Below are positions 53,937 to 61,761 of a stretch of 64,000 nt of DNA, piece by piece. A program made the position numbers and the translations under genes. The stretch lies in IMG/VR virus record IMGVR_UViG_3300023296_001674; one strand, written 5' to 3'. The DNA comes from a virus. Below the pieces are notes generated by a model. It did no database searches and was not told where the DNA came from. It saw only the letters and a program-made list of their open reading frames with translations. Each line of letters begins with the position of its first letter. Position 1 is the first letter of the stretch.

Positions 53937-54190
53937 TGAGTGATGAAAAATCTATATTTCATGACGTTGAAGAATCCAACACCGACGTGGGAATTGAGTA
54001 TACACTTTGGGGAAGTTATGATATAATCATCGAAGTTATGAATTGGCTACATGAACATTATCCATCGACGTGGGGAATTGAATGGACTGTCGATCATCAT
54101 AATAGACACGACGCGATAAACGTTGTATTCAATTTAAAAGAATGCAATACTGATGCAGCACTTATGGGGTTTAAATTGAGATGGTTGTAA
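53936..54190 (+). CDS. AFKLRW-tail family small protein (...ALMGFKLRWL)
   Basis: VMNWLHEHY plus tail. TAATG overlap upstream. Confidence 0.65.
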   Translation: MSDEKSIFHDVEESNTDVGIEYTLWGSYDIIIEVMNWLHEHYPSTWGIEWTVDHHNRHDAINVVFNLKECNTDAALMGFKLRWL

Positions 54191-54570
54191 AAAATTTTAT
54201 AGCATTGCCACACGATCCGTATTTTTCTAATGTAGTAATAACTAATAGAGAGCCGGATAAAATGAGAGTGTATATACAACATAAAGGAGCAACGCCGTAT
54301 AATAATCAATCACATACAACATTATCTATATTGGCTACATCTGTTTATGTAATAGAATTAAACACCATGCCAATAGCAAAATATGTTTTTATAATGTTGT
54401 ATCATTCAGATGTCATATTGATAAAAAATTTTGTTAAACAAAACAACCTTGCTTGTTCGTTTTCAACGGGAAAAATTATAAAGGATCGAAATAATAATAA
54501 AAAGACTGGTTATCTATGTTCTACTAATGATGAAACCGCCGCAATGGCTATTAAAATGATGTGGAGTTGA
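54181..54570 (+). CDS. AFKLRW-family-like protein (tail ...AAMAIKMMWS)
   Basis: Its ATG is embedded in the AGATGG of the upstream tail (10-nt overlap). Degenerate tail. Confidence 0.5.
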   Translation: MVVKNFIALPHDPYFSNVVITNREPDKMRVYIQHKGATPYNNQSHTTLSILATSVYVIELNTMPIAKYVFIMLYHSDVILIKNFVKQNNLACSFSTGKIIKDRNNNKKTGYLCSTNDETAAMAIKMMWS

Positions 54571-54573
54571 ATA

Positions 54574-54849
54574 ATGAAAATTAACTGCGTGGAAAAAATG
54601 GATCATAAACCGGCATATGAAACTGTTGATGTTTGTAATGACGGAATACAGGTACATATAATAAAACAGTGCCCGGCAAAATATACATGTTTGTTTCCTA
54701 CTAGAAATGAGGCAATTATTTTTATTCGTGAATTGAAAAAAATACCAAGTATTGATTATCAACAGTATCATTTGGGTGATAGAAATCTATTGGAAGTTAA
54801 TATTCATTCGAAAGACGCATTATTTTTGTTTTCATTGAGATGGTTATAA
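54574..54849 (+). CDS. LRW-tail subfamily protein, tandem copy 1 (...ALFLFSLRWL)
   Basis: About 91 aa. Collinear with the next two ORFs (..HKP.....). Confidence 0.6.
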   Translation: MKINCVEKMDHKPAYETVDVCNDGIQVHIIKQCPAKYTCLFPTRNEAIIFIRELKKIPSIDYQQYHLGDRNLLEVNIHSKDALFLFSLRWL

Positions 54850-54850
54850 T

Positions 54851-55129
54851 ATGTCAATACATATAGAATGCGTAAATCGAATGATTGAACGACCTGTATT
54901 CGTAGACATCGAAACTGTTGGTGGTAGAGGTGTTATAATACAAGACCAGCATGATTCGATACCAGCAGAATTTAATATATTTTCAGATACGAATAAAGAG
55001 TTGCATAAAATAATGAATGAAATATCACGTATGCATGGTGTAACAATTACAGATACTCGTGATCTCTGGGCAACTATTAATGTTAATACAAAAGAATCAT
55101 TGCTTTTGTTTTCATTGAGGTGGCGGTAA
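54851..55129 (+). CDS. LRW-tail subfamily protein, tandem copy 2 (...SLLLFSLRWR)
   Basis: Shares IPAEFNIF / VPAEFICN and the K(E/D)(S/T/A)LL(L/I)F(S/W)LRW ending with copies 1 and 3. Confidence 0.6.
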   Translation: MSIHIECVNRMIERPVFVDIETVGGRGVIIQDQHDSIPAEFNIFSDTNKELHKIMNEISRMHGVTITDTRDLWATINVNTKESLLLFSLRWR

Positions 55130-55130
55130 T

Positions 55131-55412
55131 ATGACGGAATTGTATATACATCAAACTGTGCGGATGCACCATAAGCCATCATTTGAACAATACAACACCT
55201 TGGGTGGTGGTGGTTACATCAATTATACGAATGAGTTTGTACCAGCAGAATTTATTTGCAACGCAGATGATTCTGCAACATTACTTGCGTTTATAGACGA
55301 GTTGAGAATATTACCCGGTCTTCAAGTTGACAGAGAGCATCATCAATCTGAGATTACCGTTAAAATTCATTCAAAAGAAACATTATTAATATTTTGGTTG
55401 AGGTGGATGTGA
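55131..55412 (+). CDS. LRW-tail subfamily protein, tandem copy 3 (...TLLIFWLRWM)
   Basis: Same length class and motifs as copies 1 and 2. Confidence 0.6.
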   Translation: MTELYIHQTVRMHHKPSFEQYNTLGGGGYINYTNEFVPAEFICNADDSATLLAFIDELRILPGLQVDREHHQSEITVKIHSKETLLIFWLRWM

Positions 55413-55570
55413 TGTTATATAGATTTAAAGATATGGACGTTAAGCCGGATGAAAACATAAAAGAATGGTGCAATGAAAATTTAACAGACGGTGAAGTAGA
55501 ATTTGGTGCTACTACCATTTACATACAATCGGAGATAGATGCAATGGCGTTTGAATTAAGATGGATTTAA
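55412..55570 (+). CDS. AFKLRW-tail family small protein, 52 aa (...DAMAFELRWI), missed by the 60-aa cutoff
   Basis: TGATG overlap. IKEWCNEN plus DAMAFELRWI. An in-frame GTG at 55403 would recreate the 10-nt overlap. Confidence 0.6.
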   Translation: MLYRFKDMDVKPDENIKEWCNENLTDGEVEFGATTIYIQSEIDAMAFELRWI

Positions 55571-55572
55571 CA

Positions 55573-56295
55573 TTATTTATGTTTACAATTGTCATTATGC
55601 CACCTATTTAATGCTCCATAATTTCGAGTTGATAAATTGCAATGAGGGCATGTTTTATATGGCTGTGATAATTTTGCTTTAGACATTTTATTTTTAGCCG
55701 ATATTGTTTTAGGTTTTCCTTTTGCCGCATTGCTCATTTTTTGTTTAGTTGTTTCGGAGTGTGTTCTTCCGTATTTACCTGTTAATGCCGCGCTAATACA
55801 TTTTTTAGTTTCTTTGCTGAGTTTTTTACCTATATTCGCCAAAAATAATTTTTGTTTGGTTTCTGCTGTATGTTTTTTGCCTACCCCCGCTAAAGATAAT
55901 TTTTGTTTGGTTTCTTCTGATAATTTCTTACCTTTATGAGCATTGCTTATTTTTAATTTAGTTTTTTCAGTATGTTTGTATCCACTTTTACAATAAAATT
56001 TATTGTCGCCGTTGTGTTGATTTAGATAATTTGTATTATTGGCTGCGTCAATTTTTGATAAAACTTTGCTTTCCCATAATCTGGCTTTTTTTGGATTATT
56101 TGGAAATTCTTTACGTATTTCATATATAAAATTTTCTAATCCATATTTTTGTATAAGGCTTTCGATAATTGCCGATGAAGTAAAATATGTAGACCACAAA
56201 TCAGATGGGTGGCAGTTTTTAGCATATCTTACCCCATAATAATGTTGGCCCGTTTCTAAAAAAGTTATGCGATATGTATAAGGTATATGATTCAT
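55573..56295 (-). CDS. GIY-YIG homing endonuclease (Seg-like) with NUMOD3 repeats
   Basis: YTYRITFLETGQHYYGVRY (GIY-YIG). Five repeats of HTEKTKLKISNAHKGKK-type modules. C-terminal CPHC..C Zn motif. Confidence 0.85.
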   Translation of the reverse strand: MNHIPYTYRITFLETGQHYYGVRYAKNCHPSDLWSTYFTSSAIIESLIQKYGLENFIYEIRKEFPNNPKKARLWESKVLSKIDAANNTNYLNQHNGDNKFYCKSGYKHTEKTKLKISNAHKGKKLSEETKQKLSLAGVGKKHTAETKQKLFLANIGKKLSKETKKCISAALTGKYGRTHSETTKQKMSNAAKGKPKTISAKNKMSKAKLSQPYKTCPHCNLSTRNYGALNRWHNDNCKHK

Positions 56296-56425
56296 CTTGA
56301 TTTTCCTTGGCTTTTATGATAGTATAAATAATAAAGTAGTGGGACAGCCCAACTTCCTTGGCGGGTTTTAGTTGTTGAAACCAACTAATTACCACTATAT
56401 CTATTTATTTTTTGGAGTTAAAATC

Positions 56426-57643
56426 ATGAATGACCATCGCGAGATTGCTACAGCTTTAGACTTATTTCATTTTGAGGAGCATTCACCAGGAATGGTATAT
56501 TGGCATCCTGAAGGGTTTAAATTATATCGAACCATAGAAGAATATATGCGAAGCATGCATGAAAAATATGGATATAAAGAAATTAGAACACCAATAATGG
56601 TCAATAAATCTTTATGGAAATTGTCTGGTCATTGGGATAAATTTCAAGACAATATTTTTATTGCTGGTGAAATAGGTGAAGTAATAAGCGATGAGTTAAT
56701 TTATACTGACGGGCAATATGTAATGTCTCCGATGAATTGTCCAAATCATATACAAGTGTACCAAAAGGGAACAAAGTCTTACAAGATGCTACCTGATCGT
56801 TTATTTGAATTTGGTGTGGTGCATCGCAATGAACCATCTGGATCATTGGCTGGCATTATGAGATTGCGAAGTTTTACACAAGATGACTCGCATATACACT
56901 GTACTGAAGATCAAATTTTGAGTGAAACAACCAATTTTATCAATATGCTTCAAGAAGTTTATTCTAAGTTTGGGTTCAATGACGTCGCTGTAAAACTTGC
57001 CACTCGATGTGAAGAACGCATTGGCGACGATGCCAGTTGGGATAAAGCCGAGAAAGCATTAGAAGATGCTTGTATACATCTTGGATTGGAATACACAATT
57101 AATCCCGGTGAATCAGCATTCTATGGCCCAAAACTTGAGTTCACGCTACAAGATAGCCTTGGTCGTGATTGGCAATGTGGAACCATCCAGATTGATTTTA
57201 ACATGTGCGAACGATTGGGTGCTACATACATTGACGAAAATGGTGATAAGAAACATCCGGTATTGATTCACCATGCTGTATTGGGAAGTTTGGAACGCTG
57301 GGTTGGTGTATTGCTTGAGAACAGCAATGGTGAACTACCGTTGTGGCTTGCCCCTACACAAGTGGTTGTTGCCAGTATTACCAGTGATGTTAATGACTAT
57401 GCTGAAGAGAAAATGGTTACACTTAGTGGTATCGGATATCGAGTTGAGTTGGATGACCGAAATGAAAAAATCGGTAAGAAAATCAAAGACGCACAGAAAC
57501 GACGTATTCCATATATGCTTATTGTGGGTAAAAAGGAAAAAGAGAATCAAATGGTCAACGTTCGCAAATTGAACGGCGACCAAGATGATATGGAGTTGAT
57601 AGATTTTATAGGATCATTCGTCAAATCTACAAATGAAAGGTGA
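56426..57643 (+). CDS. thrS: Threonyl-tRNA synthetase, catalytic + anticodon-binding domains only (no TGS/editing region)
   Basis: Starts MNDHREIATALDLFHF.E.SPGMVYWHPEG, the segment that opens the ThrRS catalytic core. HRNEPSG, FTQDDSHIHC, class II motifs. C-terminal anticodon-binding domain. TGGAG RBS 8 nt before ATG 56426. Confidence 0.85.
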   Translation: MNDHREIATALDLFHFEEHSPGMVYWHPEGFKLYRTIEEYMRSMHEKYGYKEIRTPIMVNKSLWKLSGHWDKFQDNIFIAGEIGEVISDELIYTDGQYVMSPMNCPNHIQVYQKGTKSYKMLPDRLFEFGVVHRNEPSGSLAGIMRLRSFTQDDSHIHCTEDQILSETTNFINMLQEVYSKFGFNDVAVKLATRCEERIGDDASWDKAEKALEDACIHLGLEYTINPGESAFYGPKLEFTLQDSLGRDWQCGTIQIDFNMCERLGATYIDENGDKKHPVLIHHAVLGSLERWVGVLLENSNGELPLWLAPTQVVVASITSDVNDYAEEKMVTLSGIGYRVELDDRNEKIGKKIKDAQKRRIPYMLIVGKKEKENQMVNVRKLNGDQDDMELIDFIGSFVKSTNER

Positions 57644-57836
57644 ACGTGTTTTTGATAAAATGAAACTCCCATATCCATGTTACGTTAATTATGGCGTTGA
57701 CCCAGATATGGTAATCGAATGGTGTGATGAGAATATCGAGTGTAAATGGGGGTATTTTCATCAAAATAACGGAACTCTTTATATATACATTACAGATGAT
57801 GTATATGGAATTGCATATAAGTTAAAATGGTCTTGA
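57633..57836 (+). CDS. AFKLRW-tail family small protein (...YGIAYKLKWS)
   Basis: VIEWCDEN plus tail. Overlaps the thrS end by 11 nt (alternative ATG at 57660). Confidence 0.6.
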   Translation: MKGERVFDKMKLPYPCYVNYGVDPDMVIEWCDENIECKWGYFHQNNGTLYIYITDDVYGIAYKLKWS

Positions 57837-57859
57837 CTGTTTTTATTTCTGTGTTAATA
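57832..57859 (+). promoter_or_regulatory. sigma70-type promoter candidate (extended -10)
   Basis: TTGACT (57832-57837), 16 nt, TGtTAATAT (57851-57859). 29 nt before the ATG at 57888. Confidence 0.5.
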
Positions 57860-57887
57860 TACGTATGAATATTAATGGAGAAGTAAA

Positions 57888-58193
57888 ATGGGCATGTTTG
57901 ATTGGGTTAAAAGTGAATATTCGCTGCCACAAATGCAACCACCAACCGATGAGTTTCAAACCAAAGACGCTTTCTGCAATCTTGATGTATACACATTAGA
58001 TAAAGATGGCATACTGTGGGTTGAATATCAAGATTGGAGCATGAATGATCTTGGTGATAAAAAACTATCACATTTTGATGGCGAAATGTATTTCTATGGG
58101 TCTACCAAAGCTACAGGGCGCATGCAAGAATACTTAGCAGTATTCATTGATGGGACACTTGAAACAGTAGAGAAAGTTAATTATGGGCCGTAA
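57888..58193 (+). CDS. Hypothetical protein
   Basis: TGGAGAAG RBS. Confidence 0.55.
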   Translation: MGMFDWVKSEYSLPQMQPPTDEFQTKDAFCNLDVYTLDKDGILWVEYQDWSMNDLGDKKLSHFDGEMYFYGSTKATGRMQEYLAVFIDGTLETVEKVNYGP

Positions 58194-59337
58194 ATCAAGA
58201 CAGCGCGAAGAAGAAATGTTGGCTGGTGAACAAAAAATCACCAACCGCTTGAGTTCGCATACGTCACAAACAAAGAAAAAATTTGGCGCACTTGGATGGC
58301 AGGAAGTTATATTCAAAGCGATTGCTGAAAATCATAAACATTGGATCAATGCACCATCAACGTGGGTGAACACCAAAAAAACTAAAAATATAGACGCGTT
58401 GCGCCACGACATGGTTCGTTATGTATTCGGTGTATACAAGTGTCCCAAATTTCTTGAAGACGTTTGGCTCCCAACCCATCGCGAAACATATAATTATGCT
58501 AATCATAGACGGCATGAATCAGATGAAATTGAGAATAAAGATGTTCATTATGTTGCATGGTATCTAACTGTCGCACAGGGCGGATCGTTATATAAGTCCA
58601 ACACCAAAGGTATACTGACCAAAAAAGAAACACATGCATTTTTACATGCACCCAAGAATAACACAGTCAAACAAAATATTTGGTGGGCACGTGCTTATTG
58701 CGAGAGTGATAACATTGGAACAGCAACAAGAATTGCTCAATCCAGACTTGTAAATCGCTCGATGTCTAATGAATTTTGGATTTCGGTGATGAGATTCTTT
58801 TCAAAATATCCAACCAGCGTCAATGAAATAAATGATTTGTTGGATTATTTTATATACGCATTACAAGAAAACGAGGATTACACACTTAAAGGTCGTTCAT
58901 TGGAAGCGGTAAAAATTAGTTGCGTGGAATGGCATAGATTTCTTAACAAACAAAAATCTATTGGTGGTGGAACGTGGGCTGGAAGTGCCGTTGATAACGG
59001 AAGTTATACCACAGGAAAAGATGAACATAAAGTCAAGTGGTTGATAACACAAATCAGAACAGGCAATGAATTACTCAAAGAAGGGCAGAAAATGCGCCAT
59101 TGTGTTGTTTCATACAAACGACGATGCTCAGAAGGGCATTGTTCTATTTGGTCACTAACTTCACATGATATGATTGGTAATAACAAACGCTGTTTAACAG
59201 TCGAGTTATCTAGTAACAATCAAATCATTCAGTGTCGTGGATTGGCGAATCGTATGCCGAGACCAATTGAAAATAATATCCTTGGACGATGGTGTGTTGA
59301 TAATAGTCTTCAGGCCAATCGTAATTCAAGATGGTAA
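58183..59337 (+). CDS. PcfJ-like protein
   Basis: C-terminal EGQKMRHCVVSYKRRCSEGHCSIWSL.....KRCLTVEL..NNQIIQCRGLANR matches the PcfJ-like domain pattern (recalled). Confidence 0.55.
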   Translation: MGRKSRQREEEMLAGEQKITNRLSSHTSQTKKKFGALGWQEVIFKAIAENHKHWINAPSTWVNTKKTKNIDALRHDMVRYVFGVYKCPKFLEDVWLPTHRETYNYANHRRHESDEIENKDVHYVAWYLTVAQGGSLYKSNTKGILTKKETHAFLHAPKNNTVKQNIWWARAYCESDNIGTATRIAQSRLVNRSMSNEFWISVMRFFSKYPTSVNEINDLLDYFIYALQENEDYTLKGRSLEAVKISCVEWHRFLNKQKSIGGGTWAGSAVDNGSYTTGKDEHKVKWLITQIRTGNELLKEGQKMRHCVVSYKRRCSEGHCSIWSLTSHDMIGNNKRCLTVELSSNNQIIQCRGLANRMPRPIENNILGRWCVDNSLQANRNSRW

Positions 59338-59344
59338 TGAATGG

Positions 59345-59373
59345 TTGACATTATGTTGATTATGATTTATACT
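59345..59373 (+). promoter_or_regulatory. sigma70-type promoter candidate
   Basis: TTGACA (59345-59350), 17 nt, TATACT (59368-59373). 29 nt before the ATG at 59402. Confidence 0.55.
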
Positions 59374-59401
59374 CCATATTGTAATAATATAGGATACAAA
59401 A

Positions 59402-59752
59402 ATGCATAAACGAAATATACTCGACGAGCCATATTTTGCCAGAGAGCCTGATTGCAGAGGCGAAGGCGATGATGGCTATATCGGATTTGGCGCAGGTAGT
59501 GATTTTAATCGTGAAATAATCGAACCTGGAATTAACGATAATTATCCTGATGGTGTTGTTGGTGTTCGCATTGATGGTGATTATTGGGTGGTTGCTATTT
59601 TGCCGTATGAAACATATAAAGACGTCTCGATGCAGGACATTATTTCAGAATATTGGCCCGAGTTTACCGACGTCGTATGTAGGCCAGATAGTGGCGATCC
59701 ATGGTGGGACGATGTATATTGGAAGAGAGATTATAAAGATGGAGAAAAATGA
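59402..59752 (+). CDS. Hypothetical protein
   Basis: TAGGA RBS. W/D/Y-rich. Confidence 0.5.
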   Translation: MHKRNILDEPYFAREPDCRGEGDDGYIGFGAGSDFNREIIEPGINDNYPDGVVGVRIDGDYWVVAILPYETYKDVSMQDIISEYWPEFTDVVCRPDSGDPWWDDVYWKRDYKDGEK

Positions 59753-59753
59753 T

Positions 59754-60173
59754 ATGAGCGACACAGATGAAATAAGAACACCAGTAGAAAATATTGATGC
59801 AATTCTTGATGTCGACAATTATTTTAATTTGCAAGAAAAAATTCACAATTATTTTGGATATGTTGAAGATTGGAAAGTGATGGCATTGGTCGATCATCGA
59901 TCTGATTATTGGATATTACACGAAATTAAAAATGATGACGGTGAAACATATGGCGGCGAAGTTTTTTATCACGATGATCCATTTATAGATGGATATAAAA
60001 CCGAAGGAAATTACTACAGCGCAGTTCTTTATATGCAACGATTTCTTCCACAGTGGATATATCGTACAAAAGATTTTACCATGATTTGTATGGACACGCA
60101 ATGCGACGATAACAAATATATTGGTATATTTTCTAATATGAATGAACAACCAAATATAGTTCCATACGTATGA
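59754..60173 (+). CDS. Hypothetical protein
   Basis: ATG 59754 lies 9 nt after GGAG. The listed 59550 start overlaps the upstream gene by 200 nt. Confidence 0.5.
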   Translation: MSDTDEIRTPVENIDAILDVDNYFNLQEKIHNYFGYVEDWKVMALVDHRSDYWILHEIKNDDGETYGGEVFYHDDPFIDGYKTEGNYYSAVLYMQRFLPQWIYRTKDFTMICMDTQCDDNKYIGIFSNMNEQPNIVPYV

Positions 60174-60445
60174 TAATACGTTATTCAGACTCTTCAAAAT
60201 TTTGGAGATATTTAACATTATTTATATTGCCAAAACATAAAGCACGTGTATATAATGCAACAGATGAGGAAATAAACGAGTTAAAAAAATGGCTGAGTGA
60301 TCAAAAAATATGGTTTTTTAGTAATAAAATAGATTACTACTCTGCTAAAAATGCGGATCATGCAAAATCATCCAAACCATTGATAACAATACATATTAGA
60401 GATGAAGAAGTATTGATGGGTATGAAATTGGCATGGGAAAATTAA
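60170..60445 (+). CDS. AFKLRW-family-like small protein (tail ...VLMGMKLAWEN)
   Basis: ELKKWLSDQKIWFF plus MGMKLAW. ATGA overlap. Confidence 0.5.
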   Translation: MIIRYSDSSKFWRYLTLFILPKHKARVYNATDEEINELKKWLSDQKIWFFSNKIDYYSAKNADHAKSSKPLITIHIRDEEVLMGMKLAWEN

Positions 60446-60468
60446 TAAGATAATAAAAAGGAAAAACA

Positions 60469-60762
60469 ATGAGTAATATGTATACCATACAGTGGATGGG
60501 GTTTAACGAACAACCCAATTACAATCGCGTCTGGGGTCATATAAAAATGAAAGACGGCAGAGATTATGTTTTTTGGGGAGTCAAAGATAAAAAAATAGAA
60601 TTCAAACTTCATGATCACGATAATAAAATATCTTATATTATTAACCAAAATGAAAAAAAAGGTTATAAAAAAATACATCCCGCACACTATGAAATAATAT
60701 GTCCAGATTTTATTGAGAATATGGAAATATGGTTTACCACACACGTGTTAATGGGAGATTAA
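60469..60762 (+). CDS. WGR-domain-like protein, tandem copy 1
   Basis: YTIQWMGF.....YNRVWGHI......YVFWGVKDKKIEFK.......NEKKGYKKI resembles the WGR pattern (...WGRIG..G......K..KGY). Paralog of the next ORF. Confidence 0.5.
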   Translation: MSNMYTIQWMGFNEQPNYNRVWGHIKMKDGRDYVFWGVKDKKIEFKLHDHDNKISYIINQNEKKGYKKIHPAHYEIICPDFIENMEIWFTTHVLMGD

Positions 60763-60763
60763 A

Positions 60764-61063
60764 TTGAACGGTTCATATGAAATGCAGTGGGTGGGATGGG
60801 ATAACTCAAAAAACCATGATAAAGTATGGGGTTGGTTTATCATGAAAAACGGCAAAGCTTGGTGTTTTTGGGGTGCAAGAGGTAAAAAATTAAAATTTAA
60901 AATACATCCATCACATGATTCTGCTGAAAAGGTTATGGAACAAAAAGAAAAAGCAAAATATAAGTTTGTTCCACCGTCGAAGTATGATACACTGGTTAAA
61001 GATTTCCTCGACGACGTTGAAGTATGGTGTATGACCGCAATAATAGAAGAAAAGGTAATGTAA
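60764..61063 (+). CDS. WGR-domain-like protein, tandem copy 2 (TTG start)
   Basis: GGGAG lies 6 nt before TTG 60764. N-terminus is collinear with copy 1 (MNGSYEMQWVGW versus MSNMYTIQWMGF). CFWGARGKKLKFK. Confidence 0.5.
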   Translation: MNGSYEMQWVGWDNSKNHDKVWGWFIMKNGKAWCFWGARGKKLKFKIHPSHDSAEKVMEQKEKAKYKFVPPSKYDTLVKDFLDDVEVWCMTAIIEEKVM

Positions 61064-61761
61064 TGAAAATATTATTAGTAAGGCACGGACAATCCGAAGC
61101 TAATGCAAATAAAGATTTGCATTATACAATGGCGGATCATGCCATACCATTATCAGAGTTGGGTGTAAAGCAAGCACGCGAAGCCGGTAAATTTTTAGGA
61201 ACTTATTTAGATAACATTGTTGGTATTCCTGCGGTCAAACCACTTATAAGATTATGGTTAAGCCCATATGAAAGAACTCGCAGAACCGCAAGTAATATAA
61301 TGATGGGCATCAATGACACCGCCAAGAGCGGCAAACATTCAACTTTTAAAATGGATAAACGCGAAAGCATCCGATTGTGTGAACAGCAGTTTGGATTGTT
61401 TGATGGTATACCCGACGATGAACGCCACATTAAATATCCTGATGAGGCAGATCATTATCAAAAATGCGAAGATCAAAATGGTCATTTTTGGGCACGGATG
61501 CCTCTTGGTGAAAGTCGATTCGATGTAGCAAATCGTGTTCACGAAACATTTGGAACATTTCATCGAGATAATGAAAAACACGGCATTAATACTATTGTTG
61601 TGGTATGTCACGGTGTTACGTTGCGTGCATTTGTGATGGAATGGTTACATCTTACACCCGAATGGTTTAATGATGAACCCAATCCTGGTAATTGTGATAT
61701 TCGATTGATTGAAAACAACAAGGATGAAGGTTATATTCACAGAGGTAAAATAGATGAGTGA
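61063..61761 (+). CDS. Histidine phosphatase (phosphoglycerate-mutase superfamily)
   Basis: MKILLVRHGQSEAN (RHG motif), SPYERTRRTA, VVCHGVTLRAF. TAATG overlap start at 61063. Confidence 0.85.
   Translation: MKILLVRHGQSEANANKDLHYTMADHAIPLSELGVKQAREAGKFLGTYLDNIVGIPAVKPLIRLWLSPYERTRRTASNIMMGINDTAKSGKHSTFKMDKRESIRLCEQQFGLFDGIPDDERHIKYPDEADHYQKCEDQNGHFWARMPLGESRFDVANRVHETFGTFHRDNEKHGINTIVVVCHGVTLRAFVMEWLHLTPEWFNDEPNPGNCDIRLIENNKDEGYIHRGKIDE

Noticed and set aside
55845-55915. Direct 20-nt repeat ATAATTTTTGTTTGGTTTCT at 55845 and 55896 (51-nt period), with further imperfect copies. Superficially CRISPR- or iteron-like.
   Set aside because: It lies inside the minus-strand GIY-YIG gene and simply encodes the repeated NUMOD3-type peptide modules (…ETKQKLS…). 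There are no unique spacers of constant length.
56368-56388. 7-bp stem with a 7-nt loop (TTAGTTG-TTGAAAC-CAACTAA) in the thrS leader. Considered as a tRNA-Thr anticodon-arm mimic (E. coli thrS-style operator) or a T-box element.
   Set aside because: The loop would present GAA (Phe-like), not a Thr anticodon (NGU). No specifier or T-box sequence was seen. It may still be a generic mRNA hairpin.
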